DNA from: Pelagibacteraceae bacterium AG-464-B04
GTDB taxonomy: Bacteria > Pseudomonadota > Alphaproteobacteria > Pelagibacterales > Pelagibacteraceae
Length of the DNA stretch: 64,000 nucleotides
Direction of reading: 5' to 3'
Assembly: GCA_003209225.1 (NCBI GenBank)
Contig: QCRZ01000002.1
Location: 4,864-68,863, forward strand
Shown here: piece after piece, positions 55,689-64,000 of the stretch
How positions within the stretch are numbered: position 1 is the stretch's first letter
Layout of the letters: each line of letters opens with the position of its first letter
Translations under genes and position numbers: made by a program
Notes under the pieces: generated by a model
Database searches by the model: none
Seen by the model: only the letters and a program-made list of their open reading frames with translations
Told to the model about the DNA's origin: nothing

Positions 55689-57001
55689 AATTTTAACGGT
55701 TTACCATTCGCTTTTTCGATAAGCTTACCATCCCAAACAATTGCTTTTCCATTCACAATCGTTCCTAAAGGAAAACCTTTTACTTCATAACCATCAAATG
55801 GAGTCCAGCCACATTTACTTGCAATCCAATCGTTTTTAATAACTTTTTTCATATTCATATCTACAATGGTTAAATCAGCATCATATCCTTGTTTAATGTA
55901 ACCTTTGTTTTTTATTCCAAAAATTCTGCATGGATTTTCACAAACCAATTTTATGAATTGGTTTAAAGTTAATTTATTATTATTTACATGATTAAGCATA
56001 AGCGGAACAAGCGTTTGGACACCTGGCATTCCTGATGGGGTTTGAGGATATTCTTTCTTTTTATTTTCTAAACTATGAGGGGCGTGGTCCGATCCGATCG
56101 TATCGACCAATCCATCTTTTACTGCTTTCCAAAGCATATCTTGGTGTTTCTTTTCTCTAATTGGTGGGTTCATTTGTGCAAGTGACCCTAACAACTTGTA
56201 ACAATGTGGAGCACTTATAGTTAAATGCTGAGGAGTGATTTCAAAAGTAACATTTCCTTTATATCTAGATAAAAATTCAACTTCTTCTTTTGTTGTTACG
56301 TGTAAAATATGTATTTTTTTCTTATAGCGCTCGGCAATTTTAACTACTCTTCTGGTGGATGACATTGCACATTCTTCGTTTCTCCAAACAGGATGAGAGC
56401 TAACATCTCCTTTTTTTATAAATTTTTTTCTAAGATTAAGAATGTCTTCGTCTTCTGAATGAATAGAAACGATTTTGGAACTATTTGAGATAACTTTTTC
56501 AATATCTTTTTCATCTTTAACTAAGAGATTTCCCGTAGAAGATCCTGCAAATAATTTTACACCACAACAACCTTCAAGCTTATCTACGCTTTTTAAATCT
56601 TCCATATTTTGAGGTGTTGCCCCAAAGTAAAAAGCGTAATTTGAGAACATTCTACTTTTAGCTAAACTTAGTTTTTTATTAAATTCAGACTGGTTAGATG
56701 TTGGTGGATTAGTATTAGGCATTTCAAAGACTGAGGTTACACCGCCTAAAACTGCAGCTTTGCTCCCAGATTCTAAGTCCTCTACATCTGTAGAACCTGG
56801 TTCTCTAAAATGAACTTGAGTATCAATAATACCAGGCAAAACCAATAAATCTTCTGCGTTTATTTCATTTTTTACTTTTAAATTTTTTAATTTACCAATT
56901 TCCTGAATTTTTGAATTGTTAATTGCTAAATCAACTTTTTGAATGTTATTATCAATAAAACATGATCCATTTTTAATTAATAAATCAATTGTTTGTGACA
57001 T
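55685..57001 (-). CDS. pyrC: Dihydroorotase
   Basis: PGIIDTQVHFREPG, IHILHVTT, GSDHAPH, DADLTIVD. I prefer ATG 57001 (MSQTIDLLIKNG) over the track's TTG at 57034. Confidence 0.85.
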   Translation of the reverse strand: MSQTIDLLIKNGSCFIDNNIQKVDLAINNSKIQEIGKLKNLKVKNEINAEDLLVLPGIIDTQVHFREPGSTDVEDLESGSKAAVLGGVTSVFEMPNTNPPTSNQSEFNKKLSLAKSRMFSNYAFYFGATPQNMEDLKSVDKLEGCCGVKLFAGSSTGNLLVKDEKDIEKVISNSSKIVSIHSEDEDILNLRKKFIKKGDVSSHPVWRNEECAMSSTRRVVKIAERYKKKIHILHVTTKEEVEFLSRYKGNVTFEITPQHLTISAPHCYKLLGSLAQMNPPIREKKHQDMLWKAVKDGLVDTIGSDHAPHSLENKKKEYPQTPSGMPGVQTLVPLMLNHVNNNKLTLNQFIKLVCENPCRIFGIKNKGYIKQGYDADLTIVDMNMKKVIKNDWIASKCGWTPFDGYEVKGFPLGTIVNGKAIVWDGKLIEKANGKPLKF

Positions 57002-57043
57002 TTGGTAAATAGTAATTATATTATAAAATAGCAAGAAGCAATT

Positions 57044-57937
57044 ATGAAAATTACAGAAACTTGTATTTTAGGAGATAGAGGAGTTATTTACATTAAAGGT
57101 GCGGATACGAGAGAATTTTTACAAAATATTATTACAAATAACCTGGATAAAGTCTCCGATAAACAATCTATTTATAGTTCTCTTCTAACGCCTCAAGGAA
57201 AATACCTATTTGATTTTATTATCTTAAAGCATAAAGAGGGATATTTAATTGATTGTGAAAAAACAGAGCTAGAAAATTTAATGAAAATTCTAAATTTATA
57301 CAAATTAAGATCAAAAGTTGAGCTTTTAAATTTCAGCAATGAATTTGTTGTGGCTTCTGTTTCTTATGAAAAATTTCTAAGCCTAGAAAATAATCAAACA
57401 CCAGGATTTACCTTCAAATATAGTGAAGATCCCATGATATTAGATCCAAGAAATGTAAATCTTGGAGCAAGATTAATATCAAGCATGGAAAAAATTTATT
57501 TATCTCTTAAAAATTTAAATTTAAAAATAATAGATCAAAATATTTATTATAAGAAAAGTTTTGATTTAGGAATTGCGCAGATTAATTGTTCTAAATTAAA
57601 AGATAAAATTTTTGGAATTGAATGTAATTTTGAAGAACTAAATGCAATTGATTTTAAAAAAGGTTGTTTTGTTGGTCAAGAAAACACATCAAGAATTAAA
57701 CTTAGAAATAAACTTCACAGAAGATTATTGCCTTTAAAAATTAAAGAAGGAAATATTGTTGAGGGTGAATTAATCAAATTTAATAATAACGAAATAGGTA
57801 GAATATTGATACATCAACCTTTCCCGTTTGCTATAATCAAAGTGATTAATCCAAATCTAAACGATTTTATTAGAAAAAATTTAATATGTGGATCGGCAAA
57901 AATTGAGATTACTAAGCCTGAATGGATAAAATCGTAA
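57044..57937 (+). CDS. ygfZ: YgfZ-family folate-binding protein (GcvT-like, Fe-S cluster/tRNA modification associated)
   Basis: 297 aa. Signature KGCFVGQENTSRIKLRNKLHRRL. Confidence 0.75.
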   Translation: MKITETCILGDRGVIYIKGADTREFLQNIITNNLDKVSDKQSIYSSLLTPQGKYLFDFIILKHKEGYLIDCEKTELENLMKILNLYKLRSKVELLNFSNEFVVASVSYEKFLSLENNQTPGFTFKYSEDPMILDPRNVNLGARLISSMEKIYLSLKNLNLKIIDQNIYYKKSFDLGIAQINCSKLKDKIFGIECNFEELNAIDFKKGCFVGQENTSRIKLRNKLHRRLLPLKIKEGNIVEGELIKFNNNEIGRILIHQPFPFAIIKVINPNLNDFIRKNLICGSAKIEITKPEWIKS

Positions 57938-57955
57938 AAATAATTTTTACTAAAT

Positions 57956-58441
57956 ATGAAAAAAAAAATAAAGTTGTTTGAAAGAGTTTTTCTTATAAAC
58001 AAAAAATATAAAAAAAAACAATTTTATCATTTTTTAAATGTTCCAAATGTATCTCTAATTATACCAATATTTAATAAAAAATTTCTTTTGGTTTCTCAAA
58101 AACGAGAGCCAATAAATAAAATTAATTATGAATTTCCATGTGGATGGATTGATAAAGGCGAGAATCCATCTAAAAGTGCTGCTAGAGAATTGTTAGAAGA
58201 AACTGGCTACAAATGCTTAGATAGTCCAAAATGGTTACTTTCTTTTTATGAAGAACCTGGGAGATTAAACTCTAAGGCTATTTGTTTTTATACAAAAAAA
58301 CTAAAAAAAATTAACGATCCTGAAAAAGGCATTAATATTATTTTTTGTACTAAAAAAAAAATTCAAGAACTAATAAAAAAAAATAAGTTTAATAATGCTT
58401 CACATATAGCTGCCTTTTATCATTATTTAAGAAAATTGTAA
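57956..58441 (+). CDS. NUDIX hydrolase
   Basis: 161 aa. Nudix box GWIDKGENPSKSAARELLEETGY. Confidence 0.85.
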   Translation: MKKKIKLFERVFLINKKYKKKQFYHFLNVPNVSLIIPIFNKKFLLVSQKREPINKINYEFPCGWIDKGENPSKSAARELLEETGYKCLDSPKWLLSFYEEPGRLNSKAICFYTKKLKKINDPEKGINIIFCTKKKIQELIKKNKFNNASHIAAFYHYLRKL

Positions 58442-58447
58442 GCACAG

Positions 58448-59065
58448 CTAGCGCAATGAATAGATTATATTAACCAAAACGTAAAAAGTTAAAAAAGACA
58501 TAAACATTATAATTAATATATTTATTACATTCCAAACTTTCTCTGTTTTAAAATAATTAGATAAATATTTTGACATATATCCCAACATAAAAAAAAAGAC
58601 TAGGGACGATGTGGAGGCTCCAATGCCAAAAAAAAATTTTTGTTGAAGTAAAAAATCTTTAGAAAAATTACCTAAGAAAAAAACAGTATCAGAATAAACT
58701 TGTGGATTAAGATATGTAAAACTCAATGTTTTGAATAGAGTTTTTGCTAAGGAATATTCATTTTTTTCAGTCCTTAAATCTAATAAGTGTGTTTTAATTC
58801 TGATTTTACCCCAGATAAAATATACCAAAAAAATTAAAAGCAAAAAGTTTAATATAAGCTCAATTAATGATGTAAAAAAATATTGAAAATAATGAAATAA
58901 AAAAATTCCTAAAAAAATTAATAAAAAATCAGATAAAGTACAAATTGTGCAAACAAGTAAGACAAAATTTTTTTTTAAACCTTGCTCTATAACAAAAATA
59001 TTTTGAGCTCCTATAGCTAAAATTAAACTTAATCCTGTAATAAAACCTAGCATGAAATGGCTCAT
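58448..59065 (-). CDS. LysE/ArgO-family amino-acid exporter
   Basis: 205 aa with 6 TM helices. N-terminus MLGFITGLSLILAIGAQNIFVIEQG. Confidence 0.75.
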   Translation of the reverse strand: MSHFMLGFITGLSLILAIGAQNIFVIEQGLKKNFVLLVCTICTLSDFLLIFLGIFLFHYFQYFFTSLIELILNFLLLIFLVYFIWGKIRIKTHLLDLRTEKNEYSLAKTLFKTLSFTYLNPQVYSDTVFFLGNFSKDFLLQQKFFFGIGASTSSLVFFFMLGYMSKYLSNYFKTEKVWNVINILIIMFMSFLTFYVLVNIIYSLR

Positions 59066-59231
59066 ATTATTTATCTTTATACTCTGAATTTAATTTTTGA
59101 TAGTTTTTTATCTATATAAACTTGCGCTAAGTTATAAAAAGTATAGATTGCGCCAGAGTCATTAGATGCTCTTTAACTTTTAAAATTAAAAATTACAAAA
59201 TACTAAAACTTCTAAATTACTCTCTAAAAAT

Positions 59232-60572
59232 ATGGAAAATTTTTCAGAATTAAATCTAAATGAATCTTTAATGCAGTCGATAACGAGAATGCATTTTAAG
59301 ATCCCAACCCCAATTCAGGCGCAGGCTATTCCTCCTGCCCTTCTTGGAAAAGATATTTTAGGAACTGCACAAACAGGTACAGGAAAAACACTCTGTTATG
59401 GAATTACTTGTATAAATAAATTATTAAACGATAAAAATAGCAATGCACTTATTATTTGTCCTACTCGAGAATTAGCTGTTCAGATTGGTGATGTACTTAG
59501 TGGATTAATCGAAAATAAAATGAATATTAAAAGTGCTGTTTTAATTGGTGGAGAGTCAATTCAAAAACAATTAAAACAATTACGCAAACACCCAAGGTTA
59601 ATAATAGGTACTCCAGGAAGACTTAATGATCATTTAAAAAAAAAAAGTTTAAGATTACATCAAACTTACTTTTTAGTTCTTGATGAAACTGACAGAATGC
59701 TAGATATGGGCTTTACACCACAAATAGAAAAAATATTAAAATATGTTCCTAGGAGACATCAGACTTTATTGTTTTCAGCTACTTTGCCACCAAACATTGT
59801 TAATATTGCTGAAAAATATTTAAATGAACCAATTAGAATAAGAGTTGGATCAACCACCACTCCAATTTCAAAAATTAAACAAGAAGTTATTCAGGTAAAT
59901 GAAAGTAATAAATATAATCAATTACTTGATCAATTACATATTAGAAAAGGTTCGATTTTACTTTTCGTTAAGACAAAACGAAATGCCGATAAAATGGTAG
60001 ATAGATTACGTGATGATGGACATTCTTGCGATTGTATGCACGGAAATTTACGTCAATCTAAAAGACAAAGAACATTAATCTCATTTAGATCAGAAAAAAT
60101 TCGTATTCTTGTTAGCACCGAACTGGCCGCAAGAGGTTTGGATGTACCTTCCATTCAACATGTTATAAATTATCATCTTCCACAAGTACCAGAAGATTTT
60201 ATTCACAGGATTGGAAGAACAGCGAGGGCAGGCGCGGAGGGTTCTGCACTTACTTTTATTACACCTAATGATAAGCAAATGTGGTATGAAATCCAGAAAC
60301 TTATTAATCCCAATATAAAAAAAGAATTTAATACTTTTAAAAAATCTAATAATAGAAGAAAAAAAAGATTTTCAAGATTTAATCAACGTGGTAAAAGTGA
60401 AAATAAGTCTTTTAAAGAAAATTATTTTGAACGCTATATCAGTGAGCAAACTACAGAGAGAAAAAAATTTAAATTTAAATCTAATCGTTTTAATAACAAA
60501 AATAGGAAAAAATCTAAGTATTCATTTAAATTTAAAAAACACGGCCGGAGAGGTAAAAATAGAGCCTTTTAA
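59232..60572 (+). CDS. DEAD-box ATP-dependent RNA helicase (RhlE-like) with basic C-terminal tail
   Basis: 446 aa. Q-motif PTPIQ, AQTGTGKT, PTRELA, motif II reads DETD, SAT, HRIGRTARAG, and an Arg/Lys-rich tail. Confidence 0.9.
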   Translation: MENFSELNLNESLMQSITRMHFKIPTPIQAQAIPPALLGKDILGTAQTGTGKTLCYGITCINKLLNDKNSNALIICPTRELAVQIGDVLSGLIENKMNIKSAVLIGGESIQKQLKQLRKHPRLIIGTPGRLNDHLKKKSLRLHQTYFLVLDETDRMLDMGFTPQIEKILKYVPRRHQTLLFSATLPPNIVNIAEKYLNEPIRIRVGSTTTPISKIKQEVIQVNESNKYNQLLDQLHIRKGSILLFVKTKRNADKMVDRLRDDGHSCDCMHGNLRQSKRQRTLISFRSEKIRILVSTELAARGLDVPSIQHVINYHLPQVPEDFIHRIGRTARAGAEGSALTFITPNDKQMWYEIQKLINPNIKKEFNTFKKSNNRRKKRFSRFNQRGKSENKSFKENYFERYISEQTTERKKFKFKSNRFNNKNRKKSKYSFKFKKHGRRGKNRAF

Positions 60573-60581
60573 AATATAATT

Positions 60582-60667
60582 TGGTGCGGCTAGAGAGACT
60601 CGAACTCTCATAGGAAATTCCCACTTGGCCCTCAACCAAGCCTGTCTACCAATTTCAGCATAGCCGC
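60582..60667 (-). tRNA. tRNA-Leu, anticodon GAG, class II (long variable arm), CCA encoded
   Basis: I folded the minus-strand sequence GCGGCTA TG CTG..CAG G CTTGG TTGAGGG CCAAG [15-nt variable arm] GAGAG TTCGAGT CTCTC TAGCCGC A CCA by hand. All four stems pair and the T-loop is TTCGAGT. Confidence 0.9.
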
Positions 60668-60723
60668 ATTATGCGTCAGAATAAATGAATGACATTTTAT
60701 CTTCAAGTTGATAGATTTTAACA

Positions 60724-61713
60724 ATGGACATAGCAAACGAAATAAAAAAAAATACAAACGAGATTTTTGAAAAAATTTCAAGAGTAATTCCAGAAATTGA
60801 ATGGAACTTTCATGCGCCTTTCATACACAAAATTAATAAGCTAAAAAAAGAAAAAAATGCGATTATTTTAGCTCACAACTACCAAACACCTGAGATCTAT
60901 CATGGAATAGCTGATTTAGCAGCTGATTCACTAGCCCTAGCAGTAGAGGCATCAAAAACAAAAGCGGACATAATCGTAATGTGTGGAGTTCACTTTATGG
61001 CTGAAACTGCAAAATTAATGAGTCCACAAAAAAAAATACTATTACCAGATATGATGGCCGGATGTTCTTTGTCATCCTCAATTACTGGAAAAGAAGTAAG
61101 ACTTCTTAAAGAAAAATACCCAGGCGTTCCTGTGGTATCATATGTAAATACTTCTGCGGATGTAAAAGCAGAAACAGATGTTTGCTGTACATCTGCAAAT
61201 GCAGTAAAAGTCGTAGAGTCACTTGGAGTTAAAAAAGTAATTTTTTTACCAGACGAATATTTAGCAAAATATGTTGCTTCTCAAACTAAAGTTGAAATAA
61301 TTTCATGGAAAGGTACTTGTATAGTTCATGAAAAATTTACAGCTAATGAAATAAATGAAGTAAAAAAAAATAATCCTGGAATAAAAATAATCGCACATCC
61401 TGAATGTCCTCCGGATGTTATTAAAGCTTCTGATTTTACTGGATCAACAACCGGCATGATAAATTATGTAAATAAAAATCAACCAAAAAAAGTTATGATG
61501 GTTACTGAGTGCTCAATGAGTGACAATGTTGAAGTAGAAAATCCAAATGTACAATTTATCAAACCTTGCAATCTATGCCCTCACATGAAAAAAATTACAT
61601 TACCTAAAATCTTAGAATGTCTTGAAAAAGAAAGTAATGAAATTATTATTCCAAATAACCAGATGCTTAAAGCTAGAAATTCTGTTGAAAGAATGATCAA
61701 AATTGGGCGTTAA
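60724..61713 (+). CDS. nadA: Quinolinate synthase
   Basis: 329 aa. ILAHNYQ, MCGVHFMAETAK, SYVNTSA, and CSMSDN / C..CPHM cluster Cys. Confidence 0.9.
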   Translation: MDIANEIKKNTNEIFEKISRVIPEIEWNFHAPFIHKINKLKKEKNAIILAHNYQTPEIYHGIADLAADSLALAVEASKTKADIIVMCGVHFMAETAKLMSPQKKILLPDMMAGCSLSSSITGKEVRLLKEKYPGVPVVSYVNTSADVKAETDVCCTSANAVKVVESLGVKKVIFLPDEYLAKYVASQTKVEIISWKGTCIVHEKFTANEINEVKKNNPGIKIIAHPECPPDVIKASDFTGSTTGMINYVNKNQPKKVMMVTECSMSDNVEVENPNVQFIKPCNLCPHMKKITLPKILECLEKESNEIIIPNNQMLKARNSVERMIKIGR

Positions 61714-61724
61714 TTTAAATTCAA

Positions 61725-62567
61725 GTGAATAAAACTTTAAGATTAAATCAAAAATATATTAAAGAAACTGTACGTAAAGCATTAAAAGAAGATTTGTTTC
61801 CAAATGGAGACATTACATCAAATTTAATTAATAATAAATCTATAATTAAAGCCAAAATTATATCTAATCAAAAAGCAGTGGTGGGAGGACTTGATTTTGT
61901 TAAAACAACTTTCAAAATTGTTGATAATAAAACAAATTTTAAAATTAAAGTTAAAGATGGAACGAAAGTTAAAAAAGGAAAAATTATTGCAACTGTTAAA
62001 GGTAAAGCAAAATCTGTTCTCAAAAGTGAAAGGGTCGCGCTTAATTTTTTAAGTTTAATATCAGGGGTAGCTACAATAACAAATAAATTTGTGAATAAAG
62101 TAAAAGGAAAAAGTTGTAAGATTTGTTGTACTAGAAAAACTTTGCCAAATTTAAGGGCAATACAAAAATACGGAGTTAGATTGGGAGGGGGTCTTAATCA
62201 TAGATTTAATCTTAGTGATGAAATATTAATAAAAGATAATCATATAGCTGTTGAGAAAAATATTCGTAAATTAGTTAAAAAAGCAATTAAATATAAAAAA
62301 GGAAAAAAAATTACTGTGGAAGTTGATAATCTTAACCAACTAAAAAAAATTATAGGTTTAAAATTTAATAGAATATTATTTGATAACATGAGTCTTAAAA
62401 ATCTTAGAAGGGGGATTAAAATATCAGAAAATCTTTATGAAACAGAATCTTCTGGTGGAATCACTCTAAAAAATGTACAAAAAATAGCATCGACTGGGAT
62501 TGATAGGATATCAGTCGGTGAAATTACGCACAGTGCACCAACGGTGGATTTTAAATTGCAAAATTGA
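61725..62567 (+). CDS. nadC: Nicotinate-nucleotide pyrophosphorylase (quinolinate phosphoribosyltransferase)
   Basis: 280 aa, GTG start. ERVALNFL, CTRKTLPNLR, GGGLNHRFNLSDEILIKDNH, EVDNL, SVGEITHS. Confidence 0.9.
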   Translation: MNKTLRLNQKYIKETVRKALKEDLFPNGDITSNLINNKSIIKAKIISNQKAVVGGLDFVKTTFKIVDNKTNFKIKVKDGTKVKKGKIIATVKGKAKSVLKSERVALNFLSLISGVATITNKFVNKVKGKSCKICCTRKTLPNLRAIQKYGVRLGGGLNHRFNLSDEILIKDNHIAVEKNIRKLVKKAIKYKKGKKITVEVDNLNQLKKIIGLKFNRILFDNMSLKNLRRGIKISENLYETESSGGITLKNVQKIASTGIDRISVGEITHSAPTVDFKLQN

Positions 62568-62571
62568 AAAG

Positions 62572-64000
62572 TTATTTTTTAGGTAAGTTTGCTTGTGCCG
62601 CAGCAAGTCTAGCTACAGGTACTCTATAAGGTGAGCAAGATACATAATTTAACCCTGCTTTAGCACAAAATTCTATACTTGATGGGTCTCCTCCGTGCTC
62701 TCCACAAATTCCAAGTTTTAATGATTTTTTTTGCACTTTTCCTCTTTCTACAGCGATTTTAATTAATTCACCAACTCCTCTTTCATCAATACTAATAAAT
62801 GGATCTTTGTTAAAAATTTTATTTTCTACATAATCATTTAAAAATTTTCCAGCATCATCGCGACTTATGCCAAATGTTGTTTGTGTTAAATCATTGGTTC
62901 CAAAACTAAAAAAATCTGCAAATTTTGCAATATCATTAGCTCTTAATGCAGCCCTTGGAAGCTCAATCATGGTCCCAACATAATATTTTATTTTTATTGA
63001 GTGTTTTTTTTGAACCTCTTGGGCTGTTTTTTCTACAAGTTTTCTAAGTATTTTAATTTCTGCTGCAGTTGAAACTAAGGGAATCATTATTTCGGGTATG
63101 ACTAATTTTACTTTTTGCTTTTTACACTCCGCTAAAGCTTCAAAAATAGCTTTACACTGCATATGGTAAATTTCTGGAAAAGAAATGCCAAGTCTACAGC
63201 CCCTATGTCCCAACATGGGATTTTGTTCATGAAGCTCATTAATTCTCATTTTTATATCTTTATGTGTAATTTTTAATTCTTTAGCAACGTCATCTATGTC
63301 TTTATCTGTTTTTGGTAAAAATTCATGCAAAGGTGGGTCTAAAAGCCTAACGGTTACAGGTAAACCATTCATTATTTTAAAGATTTCTACAAAATCATTT
63401 TTCTGGTAAGGAAGAATTTTTTTTAAAACTTGTTTACGATCTTCGTATGTTTTTGAAAGTATCATTTGTCTTACTAGTACAATTCTTTCTTCATCAAAAA
63501 ACATGTGTTCTGTTCTGCACAAACCAATTCCTTCTGCTCCAAATTCTCTTGCAATTTTAGTATCTTCTGGGGTTTCTGAATTTGATCTAACTTTAAGTTT
63601 TCTAAAAGTATCAGCCCAACTCATCAATTTAGAAAAATCTCCAGATATTTCTGGCTGAACTGTAGGAACTTCTCCAAATATTATTTCACCTTTTGAGCCA
63701 TCTATTGTAATTATGTCTCCTTCTTTAACTGTAATATTTCCTACCTTAAAATTTTTATTAACATAATCAATGTTAATTTCTGTTGTACCTGAAACGCAAG
63801 GCCTACCCATTCCTCTTGCTACTACCGCCGCATGACTAGTCATTCCTCCTCTTGAGGTTAAAATACCTTTAGCTGCATGCATGCCATGAATATCTTCTGG
63901 TGAAGTTTCTATTCTAACTAATATATTATCTTGCATCATTTCATTAAGTCTTTGTGCTTCATCAGCTGAGAAAACTACTTTTCCACTAGCGGCACCGGGT
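62572..64000 (-). CDS. ppdK: Pyruvate, phosphate dikinase, C-terminal ~475 aa (N-terminus beyond the window)
   Basis: The ORF stays open to the window edge (GAASGKVVFSADEAQRLNEMMQ...). Phosphohistidine motif GGMTSHAAVVARGMGRPCV. PEP-utilising TIM barrel FFSFGTNDLTQ, GICGEHGGDP. Confidence 0.9.
   Translation of the reverse strand, partial: PGAASGKVVFSADEAQRLNEMMQDNILVRIETSPEDIHGMHAAKGILTSRGGMTSHAAVVARGMGRPCVSGTTEINIDYVNKNFKVGNITVKEGDIITIDGSKGEIIFGEVPTVQPEISGDFSKLMSWADTFRKLKVRSNSETPEDTKIAREFGAEGIGLCRTEHMFFDEERIVLVRQMILSKTYEDRKQVLKKILPYQKNDFVEIFKIMNGLPVTVRLLDPPLHEFLPKTDKDIDDVAKELKITHKDIKMRINELHEQNPMLGHRGCRLGISFPEIYHMQCKAIFEALAECKKQKVKLVIPEIMIPLVSTAAEIKILRKLVEKTAQEVQKKHSIKIKYYVGTMIELPRAALRANDIAKFADFFSFGTNDLTQTTFGISRDDAGKFLNDYVENKIFNKDPFISIDERGVGELIKIAVERGKVQKKSLKLGICGEHGGDPSSIEFCAKAGLNYVSCSPYRVPVARLAAAQANLPKK

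Noticed and set aside
59680-59691. Motif II of the RNA helicase reads DETD rather than DEAD.
   Set aside because: This is still within the DExD definition, and all other helicase motifs (Q, I, Ia, III, VI) are intact. It is probably a neutral variant, noted only for completeness.
60582-60667. tRNA-Leu as a possible integration site for a genomic island.
   Set aside because: No integrase is present, I could find no direct repeat of the tRNA 3' end nearby, and both flanks are ordinary housekeeping genes (RNA helicase, nadA).
1-64000. I scanned for CRISPR arrays, IS/transposase or integrase genes, prophage blocks, toxin-antitoxin pairs, restriction-modification or other defence systems, rRNA genes and known riboswitch-like leaders.
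   Set aside because: No spaced direct-repeat arrays were found. No ORF has transposase, integrase, nuclease-defence or phage structural motifs. The only long spacers are accounted for by promoters, the gene-fragment scar and terminators. The absence of riboswitches is only a by-eye judgement and should be confirmed with covariance-model searches.

Overview
This is an AT-rich, extremely gene-dense chromosomal segment. Many genes overlap by 1-10 nt and only a handful of spacers exceed 100 nt. Gene content and architecture look like a streamlined marine alphaproteobacterium of the SAR11/Pelagibacterales type; that is an inference from composition and gene set, since no search was possible. I support about 62 protein genes and one tRNA-Leu(GAG). 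I saw no rRNA, CRISPR array, IS element, integrase or recognisable defence genes.

Layout:
- 1-5.5 kb: a sugar/glycerol-type ABC importer with two ATPases and a 571-aa binding protein, next to glpK.
- 5.5-30.3 kb: a composite methylated-amine / nitrogen-scavenging island.
  - It starts with a betaine/TMAO-type ProXVW-like transporter that is interrupted by a repeat-flanked two-gene cassette.
  - Divergent from it is tdm (TMAO demethylase), followed by an orphan SoxB-like flavoprotein, gmaS and mgsABC.
  - Next come a small repeat-bearing ORF, a private wHTH regulator, and a urea/amide-type ABC transporter with a formamidase.
  - The island ends with an MhpD-like ORF, an Amt ammonium transporter paired with an 81-aa membrane protein, and a second glutamine-synthetase-like ligase.
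- 30.3-64 kb: mostly housekeeping genes (bamB, panB, rlmE, pssA, psd, icd, alaS, recA, tolC, umuDC with an alphaproteobacterial SOS box, dksA, prpE, pyrC, nadAC, ppdK).

The most unusual object is a proteorhodopsin homologue at 51884-52627. It keeps the retinal lysine, but three residues carried by canonical proton-pumping proteorhodopsins are all substituted: R94 to K, D97 to E, and E108 to Q. It is co-directional with a ferredoxin / ferredoxin-NADP reductase / GST string.
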